Assembly: GCA_963707505.1 (NCBI GenBank)
Contig: CAVPQB010000004.1
Span: 1,374,272-1,438,271, forward strand
Direction of reading: 5' to 3'
Source of the DNA: an uncultured Gemmatimonadales bacterium
GTDB lineage: Bacteria > Gemmatimonadota > Gemmatimonadetes > Gemmatimonadales > Gemmatimonadaceae
DNA: 64,000 nt
This document shows positions 23,027 through 33,344 of the stretch, piece by piece (the stretch's first letter is position 1; the number at the start of each line of letters is the position of its first letter). A program made the position numbers and the translations under genes. Below the pieces are notes generated by a model. That model was not told where the DNA came from. It did not search any database and saw only the letters and a list, made by a program, of their open reading frames with translations.

Positions 23027-24381
23027 TCAAGTGGCAGGAGCGGTCTGTTGGTGGGATCCTTTCGGGTGGTGCGGGTGACTGACGAAGCGAAGTGCAGGTA
23101 TCAGGGGCTTGTGGCCTGCCGCGCGGCTTTGCCCTTCGAGGGCCTTTCTAATGCGCGCCCCGGTGTCGCGCCCGCACCACCGTTCGGTCGCTGTCCAGTC
23201 GGCGACGAGCCGGCGATAGGCCGTCTCGGCCTGGCCGGCGAGCTCTTTCTCGAGGCGACGCTGATCGACGCTGGCAAATGTGCGTCCCGCGCTCGCGAGG
23301 CGTTTTCCTTGTTGGCGTGGCGCGCCGAGCATGCAGCTCATAGCGCCGCAGCTTCTCGCGGTGCAGCGAGGGTCGGCCAAACGCGTATCCCTCGCCGCGG
23401 CGCAGCATGTGAAACGCGATGACCACGAGCTTGCGGGCGACCGCGACCGTGGCGATGTTCGCGCCGCGGCGGGCGGCGACCCGCTGGTGGAACGCGCGCA
23501 GCGGGCCGGTGGTTCTCGCGGCGTGCCACGCCGCTTCGACCAGCAGCCCCCGAACCGGCCCGGGGCCTTGTTTGCTGATCCGGCCGTGCTTGGCGGGCTC
23601 GTTACCGGATTGACTGCACCCGCGGGCTCAGCCCGAGATAGCCGACCAGGTGATCGGCGGTCGGGAACCGGCGCACATCACCGATCGCGGCCAGCATCGC
23701 GGTCGCGGTCACGCCGCTGACTCCCGGGAGGGTCATCAGCCGGCGGATGTCCTCGCTGGCGAGCACCTGCTTGGCGATCTCGATGTCAACCAGCTCGATC
23801 TCTGCGGCTAGGAAATCGATCTGGCGCAGGCACGCATCGACTGTCTGCTGCTCATCGGTCGGCAGCAGCCTGCACTGGTCAGAGAGCCAGATACGTCCCT
23901 TGACCCCGAACACGTCTGTCATCGGTGGCCGGCTCTTGAGCTGGCGTTGGAGAACGGCGTGCACCTGGTTCTTCTCACGCACCCGCTGACGCACGAGGTG
24001 CATTCGCCGGGAGATCAGGCGCCGACGGACCCGCGTGGGCTCATCAGGCGTCCACACCTCCGCCAGGAAGCCTGCCGCCAGCAGACGAGCCAACAGCGCC
24101 GCGTCGATCTTGTCGGTCTTGGCTCGCAGACCGGTGATCCTCTTCACCGACTTCGGGTCGGCCAGCACCACCTGCGCGACGTGCGGCTCGACGATCCGGG
24201 CGATCGCCAAGGCGTTCGCCGTGGCCTCCATCGCGACCACATCGTCCGGCGCCAGGCTGCACGCGAACACCTCCAGCTCTGACGGGGTGCTCGCCACCTG
24301 ACCGGCGAAGCGCAACCTGCCGTCCTCGACGACCGCGACCTCGCAGAAGTCACGATGGACATCTACTCCGATGAACCTCAC
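23027..24381 (-). CDS. IS110-family recombinase/transposase (frameshift near 23620)
   Basis: GVDVHRD, MEAT, KTDKIDA, LMTLPGV, YLGLSP, VATARKLVV. Confidence 0.92.
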
Positions 24382-24389
24382 CACCACCT

Positions 24390-24620
24390 CCTTCAGCTCG
24401 AAGAAGCAAGGTGGAGACGCGGCGGGCAAAACGACAACTACGGATCCGTGCTCGAAGCACACCCGGGCAAGTCGCGGGGGCGGCCAACTACAAATTGCGG
24501 GCTCTCAGCCCATAGAACTAACGGCCTGCCCAGCCAACGTTCTCCCGGAACCCCCGTCCCGGAACGCCGCCAACCTACGACGGGCCCCGGACACAACGGG
24601 CTCCAGGACGCAGTTTCATG
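24390..24620 (-). ncRNA. Putative bridge RNA of IS110 element 1
   Basis: Non-coding region upstream of the transposase with four short matches to target and donor halves (see findings); boundaries approximate. Confidence 0.6.
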
Positions 24621-24729
24621 CCCCTACAATCGCCGCCGACCACACGGCGCCCTCAGCCACAAGCCACCCATCGACCGCCTCAACGAACGGAACAACCTCC
24701 TCGGGTCCTACAGCTGATATGGAGAGTCG

Positions 24730-25000
24730 TTTGTCAACCCGGGCGCGGTGATTTGTCGCTGGTGGCGCCGTGGGGGTGTGGGTGTGGTCGGCTGGGTGGG
24801 TGGCGGTCCGGCTTGCTGTGCGCGACGCGCGGTCAGGCTGATATTCGCGGGTTGGGACCGCAGGACCATGTTCGTCGTGGGGAGCCGCTGTCTAGGATCG
24901 GGCGTGGCCGGCCGGTGAGGGCGGGTTGCTCATAGCTGTCTCGCGGGTTCCCCGCGCGTGCCGGGCCGCCACCGACCCAGCCGACGGGATGAGGGACTCG
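24730..25000 (-). ncRNA. Putative seek/bridge RNA of IS110 element 2 (downstream non-coding region)
   Basis: Contains tagctgt and ctagg (target halves) and ctgatat (donor junction); boundaries approximate. Confidence 0.62.
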
Positions 25001-25003
25001 GGG

Positions 25004-26086
25004 TTACTCGATTTGGCTGATCGCCCAGCAGAACCCGGCGAGCTCGCGGGCGGCGGCGACGGCGATGATCGTGCGGCGCTTGGCGCGGGCCTCCAGACGG
25101 GTCCAGGTGCGATGCAGTCGCCGTTGGGCTGACCAGGCGATCGCGATCGCCTCGGGTGGCTGGCCGTCCTGGCGCTCGGTGAGTGCCTTGCCGATCGCGG
25201 GGCGCTTGCGGTAGTGCCAGGCGGCTTCGACCAGCAGCCGCCGGGCGTGCCCAGAACCGGTCTTGGTGATCGACCCCAGCCGTCGCTGCTGCCCGGTGGT
25301 GTTCTCGCACGGGACTAGGCCGACGTAGTTCATCAGCTGCTCGGCCTTCGCGAACCGTTCGAAGTCGCCGATCTCTGAGCACAGCCCGACCGCGGTGAGC
25401 GTGTCGACCCCGCGCAGGCATCGCAGCCGCCCGACCTGCGTGGCCCACGGCGAGCTCGGGAGCAGCGCGAGGATCTCGCGCTCTAACGCGTCGCGGCGGT
25501 GACAGAGCGCGTCGATCGCTCCCTGCACGTCGAGCAGCGTCGATTGCGCGGCCGGCCACTGCAGCGTGATCGTCGCCAGCCAGGCTCGGTGGCGGTCTGT
25601 CCACGCCTTCCCGTCGTCAAACCGGATCCCGTGACGCAACAGCAGCTTGGAGAGCCGATGCCGGGAGCGCATCAGATCCACCCGAACCTGCTCGCGGGCG
25701 CGGACCAGGTCGCGCAGCGCCTCCTCCTCGGGCCCGGGCACCCTGACCGGGTGAAGCTTGCCGGCCAACAACAACCGGACCAGATGCTCGGCGTCACGCC
25801 GATCGGTCTTGACCCGATCCCCCGACGCCCGCGGGATCTTGCTCGGCGCCGCGACCACGCACTCCACGCCGCGCCGCGCGAGCTCCCGCGCGAGCCCGTA
25901 CCCGGTCGGGCCGGCCTCATACGCGACCCGCACCGGCCGCGGCAATCCCGCGCAGAACCCGGCCGCCCCACCAGCATCACCGCTCATCGCAAACCGCGAC
26001 AGCTCCCCGGTCTCCGCGTCCAGCACCGCCGCGACGATCTTCGCCGCGTGCACGTCCAAGCCGACGACGGTCCTAGCCTTCGCCAT
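25004..26086 (-). CDS. IS110-family recombinase/transposase, uninterrupted 360 aa
   Basis: GLDVH, YEAGPTG, KTDRRDA, LRGVDTLTA, ITKTG..HARRLLVEAAW, AAARELAGF. Confidence 0.95.
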   Translation of the reverse strand: MAKARTVVGLDVHAAKIVAAVLDAETGELSRFAMSGDAGGAAGFCAGLPRPVRVAYEAGPTGYGLARELARRGVECVVAAPSKIPRASGDRVKTDRRDAEHLVRLLLAGKLHPVRVPGPEEEALRDLVRAREQVRVDLMRSRHRLSKLLLRHGIRFDDGKAWTDRHRAWLATITLQWPAAQSTLLDVQGAIDALCHRRDALEREILALLPSSPWATQVGRLRCLRGVDTLTAVGLCSEIGDFERFAKAEQLMNYVGLVPCENTTGQQRRLGSITKTGSGHARRLLVEAAWHYRKRPAIGKALTERQDGQPPEAIAIAWSAQRRLHRTWTRLEARAKRRTIIAVAAARELAGFCWAISQIE

Positions 26087-26309
26087 GGCTGGTTCCTCCT
26101 ATGCGATTGTGGGCCGCCGCGCGGGTACCAGCCGCGCGGCATAACTTCACCCCCACCGACGACGTGGGGGGAACCGGCCTCTTCTATCTCTCAGGCCGGA
26201 CGGACCAACAATCCATATTGTCTAGGCGAGCCGGGGCAGCAGGTCGGCATGTCTCTGCTCCCTCCCGTTCGTCGACTCGCCGTCGGGCAGGTTGCGCGGA
26301 CCCCAGTTG

Positions 26310-26717
26310 CTACGCGTTTACGGGTTCGGGCGCATCGACCAAGTCCGCATCTGGGGCGAGAACGAAGATCTCGACCAGCCGGTCCGGGTCAAACAGGATT
26401 TGGCTGTGGTAGCTGACGATCTTGCGCTCGAGGACGTCCTCGACGCGGCGGATGAGTTCGGGGGCGATCACGGCTTGGAAGCGGAGACGGTATGCGCGTA
26501 CGGCTTCGTGCTCTCCTCCGCGGACCATCGTTTCCTCATCGCGGGTCATGCCGCCGCTCATCGTGCAGAACACGTATTCGTCGCAGAAGTAGGTCTTGGC
26601 GTGGGTCGGGCCGCGTCCGTAGAGGTCCTTCATCGTGCGCACGACGGCTTGTGAGACACGCGCTTGCAGGGACTGCGCCTCTGAGGGGCTTCCCTCGGTG
26701 ACTTCGTCATCGGCCAT
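26310..26717 (-). CDS. DUF2294 (MpsC-like) domain protein
   Basis: SQAVVRTMKDLYGRGPTHAKTY, MTRDEETM, VRAYRLRFQ, VEIFVL. Confidence 0.8.
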   Translation of the reverse strand: MADDEVTEGSPSEAQSLQARVSQAVVRTMKDLYGRGPTHAKTYFCDEYVFCTMSGGMTRDEETMVRGGEHEAVRAYRLRFQAVIAPELIRRVEDVLERKIVSYHSQILFDPDRLVEIFVLAPDADLVDAPEPVNA

Positions 26718-26950
26718 GTGCGCGCAGACTAGCTCAGGCAGCGAGCTCAGCAGAGATGGGCCGAGTCCAAAGGATTCAGGGGCGAACGCACGTTTGGGCG
26801 GACCTAGCGCGGGGTAGACTCAGCTATGAGCGAGCCGACGTCAGCTTGCGCCGCTCCTGCAGTATCAGACGGGAACGATCCCACCGGGCGAAACGCCGTT
26901 GGAGCGATCGGTCCAGTCGCCAGCCTCAATTCTCACTTTAGGAGTGTCGC

Positions 26951-27271
26951 ATGAGCATTACCACCCCCGCTGAGGGACGCCGTTTCGACCGTGCCGACCG
27001 GGACCGTTCGGCCGCTGAACATTCAACTCGGCGTCTGTCGACCGAGACAAAGGCCGCGTTCAAGACGACCGAGTTCATCGCGTATCTCGTCGTACTCGCC
27101 GGAATCCTGATCGCCGGAGCGGTGGCGAAGGCCAGCCACTATGCCGGTGCCCACGATCCCTTCCGAGCCGACCGTGTGTGGCTGTACGCCACGATTCTGA
27201 CGGTCGGGTACATGATCAGCCGCGGGCTCGCGAAGGCCGGCACCCGCGAGCGCTACGACGAGCAGTCGTAA
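26951..27271 (+). CDS. Small two-TM hypothetical membrane protein
   Basis: AGGAG RBS upstream; TETKAAFKTTEF and GYMISRGLAK. Confidence 0.75.
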   Translation: MSITTPAEGRRFDRADRDRSAAEHSTRRLSTETKAAFKTTEFIAYLVVLAGILIAGAVAKASHYAGAHDPFRADRVWLYATILTVGYMISRGLAKAGTRERYDEQS

Positions 27272-27383
27272 TTCGGACCGTCGCCTCCCGCTGGGCCCGG
27301 CCGGCACCCATTTGGGTGCCGTTCGGGTCCGCCAGGGCTACTCGCAGCGGCCCCTTGGCCGACTGCCCTCCCAATTAGTGAAA

Positions 27384-27905
27384 GTGAATGACAAGTTGAG
27401 TGGTCGAGAGAATTCCGAGCGGACCGCCGGTGGTCTGGTCGGCAAAATTGCCGGTAGGACAAAAGAAGCTGTCGGGTCCGCGCTGGGCCGCGACGACCTG
27501 GCGCGCGAGGGGCGTTTGCAGCAGGCGCAGGTTGACGCCGAGGCGCAGGCGGCTCGTGCGGCGGCCGAAGCGAACCACCGCGCGACGGAAGCGTCGCTCC
27601 AGGCGGAGAAGACCGAGGCTCAGCTTGAGTACGACCGCCTCCAGAATGCCGTAGCGGCCCGCGAGCGTGAGCAGCGGATCGAGGGTGAGCGCGACGACGC
27701 CGAGCGTCAGGCCGAGTCCCAGGCGCGCCGTGAGCAGGCGGCTGCCGAGAGCCAGCGCGACGCGCACGAATCCGCAGCTGAGAACACTGAGCAGCGCGCC
27801 GTGGGTGAGCGCGTGGCTGCGGCCGAACAGGCGATCGGGTTGGAGCAGCAGGCACGCCAAGCCGAGACAGAGGCGGCAACTATCGATCCCCAGGAGCAGC
27901 GATGA
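27384..27905 (+). CDS. CsbD-like N-terminus plus coiled-coil protein
   Basis: GKIAGRTKEAVGSALGRDDLAREGRLQQ resembles CsbD; Ala/Glu/Gln-rich tail. Confidence 0.65.
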   Translation: MNDKLSGRENSERTAGGLVGKIAGRTKEAVGSALGRDDLAREGRLQQAQVDAEAQAARAAAEANHRATEASLQAEKTEAQLEYDRLQNAVAAREREQRIEGERDDAERQAESQARREQAAAESQRDAHESAAENTEQRAVGERVAAAEQAIGLEQQARQAETEAATIDPQEQR

Positions 27906-28528
27906 ACGTACGTGACACCCCCGGAATCGCGGTTGACCGCTATCTACGCCTCGTGCGCCTGCCGCTTGATGCGGCTATCGAGCGGCTCCCTGGAAACGGT
28001 CGTGGGGTCCGACCCGCCGCGAGCCTGATCGTTGATCGCGCCGATGCCTCCGTGCGAGGGCTGTTTGCAGCGATCCTCAGCGACTCGGCGCTGCGCGAAG
28101 ATGCCCAGCAGCGACGAGCTGCTGTGCAGAAGCGCGAGCACGCTGCGCGCTTGCGTGACGCGGCCGAGCGCAAGACCGAGCAGGCGGATACTCGTTTAGA
28201 GGAGCGCTACGCGCAGGCGGAGCGTCAGCGCTCGCGGGCCGAGCAGCGCGCCGAGGGACGGCGCAAGCAGGCCGCTGAGGAGCGCGATAAGAAGGCTGAC
28301 CGCGCGGCTGAGGCTGAGAAAAAGCGTCTTGACGCAAGCCGCGAAGCGAAACGTCGTGTTGACGCCGCAATCGACGAGCGCACGCCGAAGGAGCGGCTCC
28401 AGACGCTCGATGCCAAGGCCAGCGCGCTGGCCGAGCAGGACCGGGCCCTGACAGCCAGCGGCGAAGCTCGCCGCCTGAGCGAAGCCGCCAGCCGTTCAAA
28501 GGCCGAACGCAAGAACCGGAGCACCTAG
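27902..28528 (+). CDS. Hypothetical coiled-coil protein
   Basis: ATGA overlap with the upstream gene; charged helical composition. Confidence 0.65.
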   Translation: MNVRDTPGIAVDRYLRLVRLPLDAAIERLPGNGRGVRPAASLIVDRADASVRGLFAAILSDSALREDAQQRRAAVQKREHAARLRDAAERKTEQADTRLEERYAQAERQRSRAEQRAEGRRKQAAEERDKKADRAAEAEKKRLDASREAKRRVDAAIDERTPKERLQTLDAKASALAEQDRALTASGEARRLSEAASRSKAERKNRST

Positions 28529-29277
28529 CAAATGCGGTTGCCCTGTTTGGTCTCCTCATCGCCGTCGCAATCTTGGCGATATCCGGCGGACGCGTCTGCT
28601 TGCGGCCGTTGTTTTTCTTCCTGCCGCTCGGCGGCATGTTGGGCCACTGGAGCCCGTATCGCCGCGGCGACCGTCGAGGCTGTTCGGCGGGAGGGCACGG
28701 TTTGACGATCGCCGAATCGCTCGGTCAAGCTGGCTTGGCGGCCGGCGCCAGTCGCAGGCTTACCTGCGGAGCGCCGTGCTCGTGTGCAAGTCCTGATGCG
28801 CCAAGTCGCGATCGGGCCGGCGAACCTCTCCCCGGGCGAGCGCCAAGAGATCGGCGAGCTCGTCGGGGAACTCAACCGTGGCGAAGTGCTGCGTGACACC
28901 ACGATGCGTACGTCTCGCGTCGGCGTTCGCCGACGTCAGTAACCGCTAGGGGAATCACGGCCACGGCAAAGGCCGTAGCCGACACGTGCAGCGACCCGCC
29001 GCAGGGTAGTGACGCTAGTCGAGGCCCGCCACGACGAGGGCAAGGGTGGTCCGCGACCGTCTTGCTCGGCGCGACAGCCGGTGATCCCGCCGCCCTCGCC
29101 TGCGCAGCTATTAGCTGGTTGCACAACGTGCGCCAGCGTGCAAGCAGAACCTAAGAAGAGGAACACGATGACCAGCACGAACAAAGCCAAGCGCGCGGCC
29201 GACCCCCCGCTCCTGCACGCGCCCCCGCCGGCGCGCCGGCGCTGACGCGCCACCGCGGTGGCAGCGGGCAGCCGCTG

Positions 29278-30063
29278 GTGCTGGTGCTGGTGCACGGGCT
29301 CGGGCTCAGTTGGCGTTCCTGGCAGCCAGTGCTCGACGCCCTTGAGGGCCGCCACGACGTGATCGCGATCGATCTCCCCGGCTTCGGCGAAAGCCTGCCG
29401 CTTCCCGATGGCGCCGCTCCAATCCCGACCCGATTGGCTGATGCGGTCGAGTCCGAGCTGGACCGCCTCGGCCTGGACGCGCCAGCGCTGGTCGGCAACT
29501 CCCTCGGCGGCTGGGTCGCGCTCGAGCTGGCCCGACGCGGCCGGGCGGCCCGCGCCGTGCTCATTTCGCCGTCGGGACTCGAGTCGCCTCTAGAACGCGC
29601 CTTGGTCATCGCCCTCAACGAGCAGATGCGTCTCCGCGCGCGCTTCGGCGTGCCGCTGGGGCAATGGCTGACTGGGACGGCGCTGGCCCGCACCATGCTC
29701 TTCGGCGGCCTGCGGAGCCAGCCGTGGCGGTTGACGCCGGACGCGGCCGCTCGCGACCTGCACGACTTCGGCTATTCGCCGGGCTTTCAATCCACGCTGA
29801 GCTCGACCGTCGCTACCCGCGCTGCGATGCGGCTCGGCGAGATCGACGTGCCGGTCCGCGTTGCCTACGGGACGCTTGACCTGATGCTCGGTGTCTTCAC
29901 CGCCCCACGGTTCGCGGCGGCGATCCCGCGCGCCGAGCTCGTCCCGCTGCTAGGAGTCGGACACGTCCCGATGCTCGATGATCCCGAGCTCGTGGCCCGA
30001 ACGATCCTCAACTTCACCGCTGACGCCGATACACCACAACGACCCGCGGCCACTCGAGCATGA
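29278..30063 (+). CDS. Alpha/beta fold hydrolase
   Basis: LVHGLG, IDLPGFG, GNSLGG nucleophile elbow, GHVPM. Confidence 0.92.
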   Translation: MLVLVHGLGLSWRSWQPVLDALEGRHDVIAIDLPGFGESLPLPDGAAPIPTRLADAVESELDRLGLDAPALVGNSLGGWVALELARRGRAARAVLISPSGLESPLERALVIALNEQMRLRARFGVPLGQWLTGTALARTMLFGGLRSQPWRLTPDAAARDLHDFGYSPGFQSTLSSTVATRAAMRLGEIDVPVRVAYGTLDLMLGVFTAPRFAAAIPRAELVPLLGVGHVPMLDDPELVARTILNFTADADTPQRPAATRA

Positions 30064-31354
30064 CGTCTTAGCGTGAGTGGCCCTGAGGGCTTTGATCGCC
30101 GCACTTGGTGCGACTGACGACGATCGCTCAGCACCAGCCCTACATGGCCGACTGAGGACAGCCGCGTCAAGCAGACGCTGCTGGCCGCCGCCGCGGGTCG
30201 AGTATGAGCCCGAGCCGCTCCAAGGACGTGGCAATGGTCGTGCGTGCGGCCGCGCTCGGCTTCGCGACGACGGCGCGCTAGTCAACCACGGAGCTCAGAC
30301 GACCTAGAAAGTCCCTCCAACTGGGCGGGTGTTGCGATCACCGCGCGGACCCTAGAGCGCTGAGCGGACGCCGCCTATCACTCGTGAGCACGGCGAGCGC
30401 GGTTAGGATCGAGGCATGCCGAAGGAGCTGCGGTCGCGGCCGCGATCGCCGTCGCTGCCGGCGGGTGCGACGGGTCGACCAAGACGGTGACAGTCACGAC
30501 GCGCGCCCCGTCGGTCACGACATCCTCGGCAACGTCGTATCGCCCGAGGTCCTGGCCGTCCGACCATGGCGGCTTTTATGGGGCCGCCCCCGCCGCGACG
30601 ATGTCTGGACGCTGCAGTTCGTTGTCCCCGCCACAAGCGCATCGGACACGATCACATCCAAGATCGGGAACGGCCCGCTCCGACATGCTCAGGTCAACCC
30701 GGGCCAGGCTGCCACCTTTCGTCTGATCCCCAATGCAGCCCGCGCCCGCCAGCCGGCCGACCCGTGTCCAGGCACCGCGCGACCACGGCCGCAAGCGCAG
30801 AGCCTCTCGACATTCATATCTCCCAGGCCACCGAGTGGCAGTCTGGCGGCCGGACATTTCTCTCGCGCTGACCGCGATCGGCGGGGAGACCGGCCAGTGC
30901 GCACTTGCGGACAGTCGGGTCGATGCCCGCACCTACTTCAACTGGCACTCAATAGTCCGCTACACACGCCCGAACGCGAAGCGATGCAGACGCGGTCAGG
31001 CTTCGGATGCCAACGGTATCTCGCGGTGAAGCCGCAGGTCTCAATCGAGGAGTCCACCAGCACACGCTCGCGCCGGCCGCGGGATGACGTGACGCCGCCG
31101 GCTGAAAGTCTCAGAGCGCCGACGTCCATGCGACAGCGCTCCGTCCGGCTTGCCGGACGCAGCGCGATCCCAGTCCGTGGCACCAGTGTCTGGATGGCAT
31201 CTCGTGACGGGAGGACACCTACCGTTGGCAGCTGCTCTAGCGAACTGATCTTCGGCTTCGGTGCGGCTGCTCGGCCTCGCTTGCCGGCCCCGATGTCGGC
31301 CCTTTCTTATTCAGCGCACCGAGATTGCTCGCCCGCACCGGCAACCGCCCGGCG

Positions 31355-31687
31355 CTAGCCGACCGCGCTGGCGATGTCCTTGATGCCTACGCCCAGCCCG
31401 CTGCGAGCGGGTGCGCCCAGAGGGGGTCGGACCCTACGCTGCACGTCCGCGTGACCGAGGATGTCCACGATCAGCGGCAGATCCGCGGCCCGCTCGCGCA
31501 GTAGCCGCGTCGCGAGCGTGTGCCGCAACGCGTGCGCGCTCTCACCAACGCCGGCGTCGCGCATCGCGCCCGTGGCGATCGCGGTGATCGAGCAAACCGA
31601 CAGCGAGCCGCCGCGCCTGTTCCACAACGGCCCATCATCGGGATCGACCCGCGGCAGCGCCGCCCGCTCAGCCAGCCGTTTCGGCAT
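31355..31687 (-). pseudogene. Tyrosine recombinase C-terminal remnant
   Basis: SAHALRHTLATRLL..ADL..ILGHAD; N-terminus and catalytic Tyr region missing. Confidence 0.75.
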
Positions 31688-31709
31688 GCCGTCCGCTAGC
31701 GTTTTCGCG

Positions 31710-33344
31710 ATGCCGTTGCGGGCGTCCGCGACGAGCGACCTATGGTGGAAGAACGCCGTCGTCTACTGCCTTGACGTCGAGACGTTCGCCGACTCCGACG
31801 GCGACGGCTGCGGCGACCTCGCCGGGCTCGTTGAGCGGATCGACCACGTCGCCAACCTGGGAGCCACCTGCCTGTGGCTGATGCCGCTGTACCCGACCAC
31901 CAATCGCGACGACGGCTACGACATCACCGACTACCTCGGCGTCGACGCCCGGCTCGGCGATCTCGGCGATGTCGTGGAGGCGATCCGCCACGCCCGCGAC
32001 CACGGGCTGCGCGTCCTGATGGACCTGGTCGTCAACCACACGTCGAACCGGCACCCGTGGTTCCAGGCCGCGTGCGCGGACCGCTGCTGCCCCTTCCGCG
32101 ACTACTACGTCTGGACGGACGATCCCGCTAGCGAGGACGGCACCACGAAGGAGAACTGGACGTGGGAGGAGACGGCGGCCCAGTACTACCAGCACCAGTT
32201 CGCGCCGTTCCAGCCCGACCTGAACATCGCCAACCCGAGCGTCCGCCACGAGATCGCCAAGACCGTCGGGTTCTGGCTGACGCTCGGCGTGTCGGGCTTC
32301 CGCATGGACGCCGTGCCCTTCCTCGTGCAGGTCGTCGAGGGGACCGGCAGCGATCCCGGCTCGGGGAAGCGGTGGCTGCATTCACTGCGCGAGTACGCCA
32401 TGCGCCGGCGCGGCGAGGTTATGCTGATGGGCGAGTGCAACGTCGCCAAGGAGGAGGTGCCGTCCTTCTTCGAGGACCACGGCGACGCCCTGCACCTCCA
32501 GCTCGCGTTCCTGATCAACCAGCGGCTCTGGCTCGCGCTGGCCCGCGGCGAGGCCGCTCCGCTGGAGGACCTGATCCGCGACCTGCCGGTCCCGCCGCAC
32601 GACTGCGGCTGGGCCACGTTCCTGCGCAACCACGACGAGCTCACGCTCGACCGGCTCTCGCCGGCCGAGCGCGACGAGGTGTTCGCCGCCTTCGCGCCGG
32701 ACGAGGACATGCGCATCTACGGGCACGGGATCCGCCGGCGGACCGCGTCGATGCTCGGCGGCGACGGCCCACGGCTGCGCATGGCGTGGTCGCTGCTGCT
32801 CACGCTGCCCGGCACGCCCGTGATCCTCTACGGCGACGAGATCGGCATGGGCGAGGACCTGAGCCTGGACGGTCGCATGAGCGTGCGGACGCCGATGCAA
32901 TGGTCACCCGGCCGGGGCGCGGGATTCTCGACCGCTCACCGCCTCGTGCGGCCGATCGCCGAGGGCGCCTTCGCCCCCGATCGGGTGAGCGTCGCCGGCC
33001 AGCGGCGCAGCGAGGACTCGCTGCTGCGCTTTCTCAGCCGGCTGATCCACGCCCGCCGCCAGGCGCCCGAGCTGGGTTGGGGCACGAGCACACTGCTCGA
33101 GAACGACCCCACGGCCCTCCTCGCCCATCGCTGCGACTGGCAGGGCTCAACAGTCGTCACCGTCCACAATCTGTCGGCGTCGCCCGTCGCAACCGAGCTT
33201 GACCTCGGTCAGGACGTTGAAGGCGCCGACGATCTGCTCGACATGCGCGAGCACCACGTTGAGGGCGGCCGCCTGCGCGTGGACCTCGCTGCCTACGGCT
33301 ACCTGTGGCTGCGAGCGCGGCGCGCGTCGGATGGAGCCACGTAA
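31710..33344 (+). CDS. GH13 alpha-amylase family protein, trehalose synthase (TreS)-like
   Basis: WWKNAVVY, DDGYDITDY, DLVVNHTS, GFRMDAVP, FLRNHDEL, YGDEIGMG, RTPMQW. Confidence 0.9.
   Translation: MPLRASATSDLWWKNAVVYCLDVETFADSDGDGCGDLAGLVERIDHVANLGATCLWLMPLYPTTNRDDGYDITDYLGVDARLGDLGDVVEAIRHARDHGLRVLMDLVVNHTSNRHPWFQAACADRCCPFRDYYVWTDDPASEDGTTKENWTWEETAAQYYQHQFAPFQPDLNIANPSVRHEIAKTVGFWLTLGVSGFRMDAVPFLVQVVEGTGSDPGSGKRWLHSLREYAMRRRGEVMLMGECNVAKEEVPSFFEDHGDALHLQLAFLINQRLWLALARGEAAPLEDLIRDLPVPPHDCGWATFLRNHDELTLDRLSPAERDEVFAAFAPDEDMRIYGHGIRRRTASMLGGDGPRLRMAWSLLLTLPGTPVILYGDEIGMGEDLSLDGRMSVRTPMQWSPGRGAGFSTAHRLVRPIAEGAFAPDRVSVAGQRRSEDSLLRFLSRLIHARRQAPELGWGTSTLLENDPTALLAHRCDWQGSTVVTVHNLSASPVATELDLGQDVEGADDLLDMREHHVEGGRLRVDLAAYGYLWLRARRASDGAT

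Larger units (their letters stand above)
23018..24627 (-). mobile_element. IS110-family element 1, inserted in the IS481 transposase gene
   Basis: CTAC at both junctions (23014-17 and 24624-27); subterminal ATGAAA/TTTCAT; excision restores the IS481 frame. Confidence 0.9.
24716..26223 (-). mobile_element. IS110-family element 2 (IS1111-like), inserted in the terminal CTAG of IS481
   Basis: CT core at 24714-15 and 26222-23; subterminal inverted repeat ATATGGA (24717-23) / TCCATAT (26212-18). Confidence 0.88.
22015..26225 (+). mobile_element. IS481-family element carrying two nested IS110-family insertions
   Basis: Left end ctaggtgtagttcctgaccacgttgttccg and reconstructed right end cggaacaacctcctcgggtcctacagct|ag form imperfect inverted repeats; transposase MHANARLS, IHIDVKKL, ITDNG, NGKAERF, WLDFY|NRRRPH resumes at 24628. 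Confidence 0.92.

Noticed and set aside
26821..26831. cagctatgagc match to the IS110-2 ncRNA
   Set aside because: A single 11-nt match with no extension; compatible with chance
30417..31000. Possible frameshifted secreted protein
   Set aside because: The reading frame could not be reconstructed reliably and no family was recognised
31461..31709. N-terminal extension of the GH13 protein
   Set aside because: It is the antisense of the integrase remnant; family similarity begins near 31710
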